Assembly: GCA_964016885.1 (NCBI GenBank)
Contig: OZ024740.1
Coordinates: forward strand, 274,164,001 to 274,228,000
Direction: 5' to 3'
DNA from: Eledone cirrhosa
Taxonomy: Eukaryota
Length of the DNA: 64,000 nt
How positions within the stretch are numbered: position 1 is the stretch's first letter; every line of letters begins with the position of its first letter. Of the stretch, positions 54,809 through 64,000 are shown piece by piece. The notes under the pieces are model-generated. The model did not search any database. It saw only the letters and a program-made list of their open reading frames with translations, and had not been told where the DNA came from. The translations under genes were made by a program, and so were the position numbers.

Positions 54809-56040
54809 ATGCCTCATCAATATCTATTATTTTTTTAACAATGTTATATAGAACAGATATGATCCTGTTTATATATATATCTGGTAGAATGACGGTGAAA
54901 CATTTTCTCTGAACTAAGATTATTAGCAACATTTTCCCTACGTCACTGTCTGGAATGTATAGAAGATAATTTACATTCTAATTTAACTAGGGTGAATTTA
55001 CAAAGGATTATATACACTGCATCTTCAAATATCAATGAATATCGCAATTGATGGAAATACTGCAGTAGAAGTATTTGTTAGGAGTAAAATATAAAATAAA
55101 AAAGGAACAATATTATGGAAAATAAATTATGAACCAGGTTAAATATAAAATGCAGTCTAAAATAATTGATTTTCCTGATAAGATGCAGCAAGTGATAGGA
55201 AAAATATGATGTTATTGTGGTATCTGTAGAAACCATTCCTTCAAACTGGTAACTTAAATACTCACTAAAGTATTCATTAAGGAGAATCACTATATCCCTG
55301 TTGTATCTGTGGTATATAATTCTCTTACATACATTTATACCAGTACAGAGTGATATGGTTGTGATAAACGTGGTAAATCATTCTCTCAAAAAGTTACTTA
55401 AGATTACTTAAAGGTGAAATACCAAACCACTGCAATACCTTTGGCAATGATTTACTTAAGCATAAATGCATTCATACAAGAGAGAAGCTATATTACATGA
55501 ATTTCTGCAATAGATTATTCTCCAAAGCAGATGACATAACTATACTGAAACCTATTTGTACAATCATTCCCTCTTGGAAATAACTAACTTAATTTAACAT
55601 CAGCATATCCTTACTGTAGAGAAGCCCTATTCCCTACTATGATATTTATGATCAATCCCTCTCTAAAACATATGACAACTAAACACAGATGTATTCATGT
55701 AGAGAAAAGCTGAATCACTGTGTTATCTGTGGTAAATCATTCCCTGAGACAAGTAGTTTGACTTCTCACAAATACACCCATACAAAAAAAAAATATACCA
55801 CTGTCATTTGTGGTAAATCAATCTCTAAAGACAAGTGACCTAACATACGCAAATGTGTTCTTACTGTAACATATATCTGTAGTGAATATTTTGTTCTCTC
55901 AAAAAAAGTCATTTAACTAGTCATGTATATTGTCATACAAAATAGTAAGTGTATTAATGTCATAAGTCTATGTATGAAACAAATATTTCATATAATCGTA
56001 AACGTATTCACACAAGAAAGAAAATATAACAGTGTGATAA
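54809..56040 (+). pseudogene. Decayed tandem C2H2 zinc-finger gene
   Basis: Intact finger HCVICGKSFPETSSLTSHKYTHT at 55716-55784; many eroded linkers and fingers (IH*GESLYPCCICG, GKSFSQ, IHTREK, TVEKPY, KRIHTRK); splice-acceptor-like tttatttcag ending ~54808. Confidence 0.8.
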
Positions 56041-56599
56041 CAAACTCAAATATCTATTTATTATAACCAAAGATATATTTAGATTAGTGAGATAACTTAC
56101 CACAGAGATATTTTTTAAATAAAAACATTCATTCATAATACTTATATATATTCCATCTATATATTTCCAGAAGGGACAAAAGATACCATTGATTTATTTG
56201 ACATTGTGGGTAAATATCTGACAAATGTATTCTCATAAATTGGGGATAACATCATAGAACAGTTATTGTGATTGGAATGAATACACAAACCATAAAAGAA
56301 GAAATTTCATCATACCATAATGGAATATATGTATGATATCTTATGTATATTCTGGATCTTATATACATTCTTTCATGTATCTTGGTTTGAAATTTATTGT
56401 CTTTATTCTAACAAGGGAATTAATCTGTTGTTAAGATTTATATACTTTTATTATTTGTTTTATTTCTTTTATTATCTTTACAGCCTAAGAGAGTTGCTTG
56501 ATCATTGAGGGAACTCTTTTTCAAACTGTTTCATTTTTCCTCCAGCCAGAAGTTTTCTCTAGTGAAATTAGCTATAGACAACTCTAGAGGAGAGATATG

Positions 56600-58250
56600 T
56601 GTTACACACAGGAACTGCATATCCTAGCCATCTCAACTGATGTCTGTCTAGTATAAATTAAATGCTGCTGGTGTTGGTTCAGTGGAGAATTTATGATATG
56701 TAATGCTATCTTGTTACATGACTGAAAGGATATTGTGGTGAGACTGGATATTAAAGACTTCCAGGCTGTATGTGGTCCAGGTCATGTACCTTTACATGAG
56801 AGTGGAAATACATTAAGCCTAGTACATGGAACTGTGATAGATGTTTCGAAAAAAACTCTCTCAACATTCTAAAAGATATACAACTTGTCTGAGATTGTAA
56901 TGGAAATGATGTTTCCTTCATATCTGAATCTACAGATGGCCTCATTTTTGGAGGTTCCAAGTCCATTCTTTCATAAGCTATAACAGTTACCAAGATAATG
57001 TATGCTGGATTTTCCAGTGTGAGCTACTAGAACATAGTTAACAAGATACTAGAGCTCAGTGATTTGTACAAATATGAACTTTATGGTGATCTGCAGAAAT
57101 CTGCTTTTGAAAATGTATACATCAAGTGTATTTCTATGGAGCTTTGTAATTATGCAGAAGAAACAGATATTATGCAGGGCAAGGGCCTTGCCTAGTTTTT
57201 TGTTTTCTCACTGAATTACTTGGATTTTTGTTCTCCAACAAAGCCTTAGGGCATTGAATTAAAAGAAATTCACAGATTTTGTTAGGAAATAACATTTCCT
57301 GAGAACATGCAATAAAGGTTCCTTGTTTAGAATGCTAAAATCCTTTAGAAGATCCATAAATGCAATGAGCAACTCCTGATGTGGCTGCCTGCATTTCTAC
57401 TGAAGCAACCACAAATTGATATTGATTAGACCATTCCTTTGAGCATAAACCTGTCTAGGATCTTCCCATAAAGAGACACGATTGTTGTCTGCTTCCTGTT
57501 GGAACAAACAGACATATCTCTCTACTTTTGTAGATAGTAACAAAATTAACAACCTTCTACTGTTGAGATATATAATCTTGGCTCCACAACTATGTAATGT
57601 AATGGATGAGACATACTTAGGCTGATGTTACAAATCCTCCTTCAATATCTCTGCTGGAATGTTATCTGGCTCAGAAGATTTCTTGTTTTAACGTTTGGAT
57701 CACAGGATTAACCTCACAAAAGTTTTGGGAAGAGACATGTTAGTAAAAGATGGATATTTAAGAAAATTACTCCATGAATGCTTGGTCTTCTGCTTAAGAA
57801 ATTGGTTCAAATATTTTCCCTGTAATTCTGTTCTTTTGTTATTGGTCTTTTGATAGATACGTGTCATCTAATGATATGGTTGGTGTCATAGAACATTTCC
57901 TGGATGGATAGGCACTTTTTATTACATCATAGAAATTGTGAAAGTAATTCCTTTCTGCATGCATCTTGAATTTTTGAGCTTTTGCTATTGATCATTCATT
58001 TCATAAAAGCATAACCTGCATAAAATGCCAGTTTTGTGTTTTACTGTATAAAGGAGAAACTGCATGGAGTTTAGCAGATTGGTTTAGAGATCACCATTTA
58101 TATGTCAGATGTAACATGAGACGGTGTAGCTTATCAATTCAATTCATCAGTTCTCATCCATCTGCATCACATGATTTGTGATGTTGTTTTACATCATGGA
58201 AATACTGTGTCGTGTGTTGAATGAACTACAGCTAGTTTATCATGACATAG
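56600..58250 (-). mobile_element. Ancient RTE-like ORF remnant
   Basis: Minus EPDNIPAEILKE at ~57637-57672 and scattered RT-like remnants. Confidence 0.5.
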
Positions 58251-58294
58251 CTTATACATTGGGTTCTTGTTTTGTTTTATCATTATTGTTATTT

Positions 58295-59277
58295 TGGTAG
58301 TATTGGTAGAGAGTCGGACACCATGCTTTGCAGCATAGAGTTATGGCCCTTTATGATCTGAGTTCAAATCCCGCCGAGGTTAACTTTGCCTTTCATCCTT
58401 AGGGGGGATCGATAAAATAAAGTACCAGTAAAGCACTGGCATAATTTCTGGCCTTGTGCCAAAAGTAGAAATAATAATTATTATTATTATTTCATTTATG
58501 ACTGGTGGATTGGCAGTATTGGTAGAGGGTCGGACGCCATGCTTTGGCACATAGAGTTATGACCCTTGCCATTCTGAGTTCAAATCCCGCCAAGTTTAAC
58601 TTTGCCTTTTATCCTTACGGGGTCGATAAAGTAATGTACCAGTAATACACTGGGTAATTGCTGGCCTTGTGCCTAACGTAGAAACAATTATTATTTCATT
58701 TATCTTGCTCTATGGTCATATGAGTTATCACCAAGTCACACTCAGTGACCCCAAGAGACAACAAGGTCCGGCATCTTCAAGAGAGAACACACATACACAC
58801 ATATATCTTTAGGTGTTTAGACTTGTGATGTATTTATATTGACAGAACCTTCCTTAGTATATGGACAGTTCCCATTAGTACTAGCTTCTTCTTATTATTA
58901 TTAAAAGCATGCAGTGGATTGGCAGTATCGGTAGAGGGTTGGACGCCATGCTTTGACGCATAGAGTTACGACCCTTGCTATTCTGAGTTCAAATCCCGCC
59001 GAGGTTAACTTTGCCTTTCATCCTTACGGGGTCGATAAAATAAAGTACCAGTAATACATTGGGTATTTGCTGGCCTTGTGCCAAAAGTAGAAACAATTAT
59101 TATTAAAAGCATGGTTGGACGTCACCCTTTGCAGCAAAGAGTTATGGCCCCTTATGGTCCAAGTTCAAATCCCGCCAAGGTTAACTTTGCCTTTCATCCT
59201 TAATGGTTGATAAAATAAAGTGCCAGTAATAGACTGGGATAATTGCTGACCTTGTGCCAAAAGTAGAAACAATTATT
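58295..59277 (+). mobile_element. Four stacked SINEs (~58295, 58503, 58913, 59113)
   Basis: Consensus matches; TSDs attattatttcatttat and ttattattaaaagcatg. Confidence 0.9.
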
Positions 59278-59284
59278 ATATATA

Positions 59285-59800
59285 TTATTTTTATTATTAT
59301 TATTGTTCTTTGAGTCTCAGTCATTGATGTTATTTTACTGCAAAGTTTGTTGGAATGAATATCAAACTCCTACCTGCAGCCTCAGATATTCAGGATGTAT
59401 CGGAGGGTTCTTGCTGTTCCCAGCAAGCGTGCCTTTTGAAGTGTTCCAAAAACGGTTGCTGGACTAATCTTCTTTAACCATCCTTGGAAACTCCTTGAGA
59501 TAGTACCTAGTGCTCCTATGACAATCAGGACAACTTTGATCTCACGACAGTCCCAAGTCCTTTTTAACTCCCAATTTAAATCCTAGTATCAGTTAATTTT
59601 CTCCCTCTCCTTCTCTAGGACTCTCGTGTCAAATGGGTAGGCTACATCTACAATCAGGCAGGATCTTTTTTCCTTGTCAAAAACAACTTGGTCAGGCCTG
59701 TTGTGTTCTAATTTCTTGTCCGTCTGTATCCTGAAATCCCATAGTACCTTCACTTGATAGTTTTCTATCACTGACTCTAGCTTATGCTCATTATTATCAC
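59285..59800 (-). mobile_element. R4/Dong-like non-LTR element 3' fragment (restriction-like endonuclease)
   Basis: VLWDFRIQTD..HNRPD..IVDVAYP..EK..YQDL..IVIGALG..LLGTARTLR; 3' end runs into (TAA)n. Confidence 0.85.
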
Positions 59801-60090
59801 CCGCCAAGGTAAACTATACCTTTCATCCTTACAGGGTCGATAAAATAAAGTACCAGTAATGCACTGGGATAATTGCTGGCCTGGTGCCAAAAGTAGAAAC
59901 AATTATTATCAGTATCGGTAGAAGGTCGGACACCATGCTTTGATGTATAGAGTTACGGCCCTTGCCATTCTGACTTCAAATCCCGCCGAGGTTAACTTTG
60001 CCTTTCTTCTTTACGGGGTCGATAAAATAAAGTACCAGTAATGCACTGGATAATTGCTGGCCTTGTGCCAAAAATAGAAACAATTATTAT
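59800..60090 (+). mobile_element. Two stacked SINEs
   Basis: Consensus matches. Confidence 0.88.
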
Positions 60091-60814
60091 TATTACTATT
60101 AATTTGTATTTTTGAAAGTGTTTAATGTTATTACCAATAAGGGAATGGCATTAAAAGGTTGACTCAATTTAAACTCAGAATATGGAAAGAAATTAACCAA
60201 ATATTGTATAGCATTTATACCGGAAATCTCAGAAAATATAATACTTGCAATGTTATTTGAAAATTGAATTTTGTTATTTAAAAAAAAAATTATACCATCA
60301 TATTTCAAGTGTCTGATTTGCAAAATTATTATTAAGTATAACATGCCAAAGTAACCTAGTATGTGTGTGTGTGTGTGTATGTGTGTGTGTTAGTGTGTGT
60401 GTGTGTGTGTGTGAATGTGTGAAAGTTATATTTGTATATATACAGATTAGATGTAACTGAAACTGTCTAAATGTGTTTATTTACTCATTCTTAGTATATA
60501 GACAAGTAGATATGTGAAATAAACATACTTCACTGCATATAGAAGATAATTAATGCCTTGAATTGATTTTCAATCCTAGACTGGCTTTTCATCATAAGAT
60601 ATATCATCTCAACCACTACAAGAAAATATGTAACCAAGAAACACACCCTTTCAATTGAAGTACAATAAACTTTGATAATCTTTATATTATCTATGTTGTG
60701 TTCCAGTTTCTAATCATCTCTACTCCAATAATCTGTAGTCTATTTATATACATAGAAGGGAGGACCTTGAAAATTGGGAGTGCCTGCATTTGTATCATTC
60801 TGTATCCACAAGGA

Positions 60815-61056
60815 TAAGGACCGAATGGGGAAGAGCCGAACTCCTACTGTCATCGCTTCCCTCTCTCTCGCCCTCACAATTTCTCTGTATGGTGAGCAAA
60901 TGGGGTCCCACGTGCTGCCCCCCCCCCCCCCTCCCCACAGCCTCGGCAGACAGAATGCAGATGGCGTTTCCCCGGAGGATGTAAGGGGGTTGCGCTGGAA
61001 GAGCCATTCCAACTCGCAAGGCTCACACCTGCAGCTGGTCAGCTCAGCGCCTATGG
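60815..61056. repeat. Second copy of the GC-rich dispersed repeat at 6585-6870
   Basis: Colinear similarity over ~240 bp. Confidence 0.75.
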
Positions 61057-61210
61057 ACATACTAATTTGTATAATATTACTATCACTTGTATTAGTAGTT
61101 AATTAATATATTATCAAGTTGTACACTAAGCAGGGAAAGTATAGGGTAAAGTTATATCTATATATATTAGAAATGTCAGCAAGGAAAAATAACACAAGAT
61201 ACAATACGAT

Positions 61211-62060
61211 AATTGTTTCTACTTTAGGCACAAGGCCAGCAATTACCCAGTGCATTACGGGTACTTTATTTTATCGACCCCGTAAGGATGAAAGGCAAAG
61301 TCAACCTCAGCAGGATTTGAACTCAGATCGTAAAGGGACGTAACTATGCTGGAAAGCATGGCGTCCGACTCTCTACCGATACTGCCAATCCACCAATGAT
61401 ACAATACGATAATGATATATTTCCATTAATGAATGGTAAATAAAAAAACTTTTGGGACAAATAAATTGCTGAGGTAACATTCAGTCATTCCTTTCCTTTT
61501 GTTTTCCCTCTGTGAATGTTTGCGTCCTACCTTGTCTTCCTAAATTCCCTTCTGACTTGTTGCCTTGGTAATTATAACCTACTTGTTTTGTATGGCTTTC
61601 TAAGTATACCTACTTTCTATTTTCATATTCTACAATGCTTCAAGCAAACCAAACTACTGTGGATTGGCAGTATCGGTAGAGGGTCGGACGCCATGCTTTG
61701 ACGCATAGAGTTACGGCCCTTGCCATTCTGAGTTCAAATCCCGCCGATAAAATAAAGTACCAGTAATACACTGGGTAATTGCTGCCCTTGGCCAAAAGTA
61801 GAAACAATTATTATATATATAATAACGTGCTGGGGATTGGCAGTCTCGATAGAGTCGGACACCATGCTTTGCAGCATAGAGTTACGGCCCTTTATGATCT
61901 GAGTTCAAATCCCGCCAAGGTTAACTTTGCCTTTCATCCTTACGGGGTTGATAAAATAAAGTACCAGTAATGCACTGAGTAATTGCTGGCTTTGTGCCAA
62001 AAGTAGATACAATTATTATATATATTAAAGGATGGTGGATTGACAGTATTGGTAGAGGGT
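61211..62060. mobile_element. SINE cluster: 61211-61395 (-, TSD gatacaatacgataat); + copies ~61658-61810, 61830-62015, 62030-62060
   Basis: Consensus matches and TSD. Confidence 0.88.
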
Positions 62061-63692
62061 ACTTAAAGGAAAGCATGTATGTACCATTAGTCTATTTTTT
62101 TTTTATGTTAGATTTATTTCACTTAGATACTATTTCAATTTAAGATATTTATTCATAGATGCTAAATTTATAATGAAACTATATTTTAAAGACATTTTGC
62201 ATTACTATTTCATATCTATTTAACTTTATTTACATTTAAATAAATAACATGCAACTACATATTAAAGAAATTATGTATTACTTATTTCCTAGTCTATTTA
62301 GCCTTATTTACATTTAACTAAATATCCTATGAAAAGTCTTGTTGTATTTGTGGAGACAAGAACTAAACATTTCCAAGCATTTGTTTATAATTTTATGTCT
62401 ATTGTTTATAATATGGAGTGGTATAGAGGTCACACCCTTTAGATATAAATGTATTTTCATATGGAAAAGCATGTGAGAGTTTCTGCCAAGAAAGGGAATA
62501 TTCAACATTTTTATTTTAAGTGACCAAATCAATTCAGAGAGGGTATTCTACATTTTTTATCTTTTCTTTTAATCAAGTGGTGATGGTTATACCACCTTTC
62601 CTTAAATTTAGTGGACGTTGCTAATGCAGGATATTGAGTTATATAACATAATTTTTAGCTGTTGTAAGCCATTTCATATCTTCATTGAAACACGTGTAAG
62701 AGATCCTATCATCTAATAAATCTTGCTTCAAATTTCAACAGATTTTGCCTACTTTTTCCTTATACTCAATTCACTTTCTATATTAAATATTACTAGCAGA
62801 AAAATCATCCTTCAGGTGGTTTTCTGCTAGCATGTGTAGTGTGCATATTGATATTATACGCAAGTATATATGCATGTACATATGATACATAAAATAAAAT
62901 CGTAATTGACAATATACACAGAAATTGAACGAAGACTGCATTACACTCTCTTATGTAATCAGTAACGTAATCCATGATACATTAAAAAAAGACGATATTA
63001 TATATAAACTGCATTAGGAGAAAATTAGTGACGGAAATATATGAATGTTTATTTAAACGATCGCTAACCAGAAGTGTTGATATATGAAAATTTGAAAGAA
63101 GTGATTCTTAAAATAAGCAAGAAAATTATTTATATTTAATCAAGAATAACGAAAGTTAGTAGATAAATTATGTAATATTCATTCATTATTTATTCAAAGT
63201 AATCCAACTTATTTTACAAACGGGATAAAAAAAATATATTCTGGACGTAATCTTGCACATGTTACTTTATTATAGTTTAGATATATTGATAATAATGGTA
63301 ATCTGCATTATTTTTTTGTACTCAAAACTGATCTGTATAGGCTTTAAGTATTTACCATCTTCATATAACTTCATTACTTGAGATCCACTTTTCTTAAGCA
63401 TATTATATCTATATATCTATGCATGGCCTTGCTATATGTGGGTTCCAACTGATTATTTCTGTTACTGTTTTCTCATTGAGTGATTACCACATAATATGTT
63501 CAATATTATTGTGTATTAATCATCATAGTTCTTGTATGTTAACACACATGCACACACAAACATACATGCACATACATACATGCATATACACACACACATA
63601 TATATACATACATATATATATATATATATACATACATACATGTGTATATATATATATATATTCTTATTGGCAACATGACCCTCCCAAAGTAT

Positions 63693-63727
<35 letters not shown>

Positions 63728-64000
63728 AAGTGTTAAAACGATCAAATTTTAGTTTAGAACATTTATTTGCTGACAATTGTTTCTTCCAGAGGGAAGTCTG
63801 GAATCATCGGAGCATAGGGAATGTCAAACCATGTTACTAAAATCCTAGTCATTTAGAACATTTAGGGTACATAATTGTTGTTAGTGTCATAGGTAACATG
63901 TGGAGAGTCAGGAGTTAAAAGGATGTTCTGCTTGAAAGAACACAATTACAGGCAGCACTGGTTGAAAGCGAAAAGCACAAGCAAAAAAAAAAATGCATGC

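Overview
AT-rich, microsatellite-dense eukaryotic intergenic DNA, most consistent with an octopod cephalopod (inferred from the tRNA-derived SINE, the RTE-LINE load and a decayed C2H2 zinc-finger array; not verified). No intact cellular gene is visible. The window holds a CR1/L2-group LINE (~0.7-3.3 kb), L1/Tx1-like LINEs in (GATA)n (14-18.8 kb), several RTE LINE copies (two with a PHD finger inside ORF2), an R4/Dong-like fragment, about 30 copies or fragments of one SINE, DNA-transposon MITEs and a C2H2-ZNF pseudogene (~54.8-56 kb). The signal the ORF track misses is predicted catalytic RNA. Several sequence-distinct families of short non-coding elements sit in (TA)n tracts and carry type I hammerhead ribozyme folds, complete at 142-220, 5582-5652, 20818-20888 and 21000-21070. 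They are usually arranged as long fold-back palindromes, like Penelope-like pLTRs or retrozymes. A ~610-bp mini-RTE also begins with a candidate HDV-like ribozyme. All folds were paired by eye, and many element boundaries are approximate.
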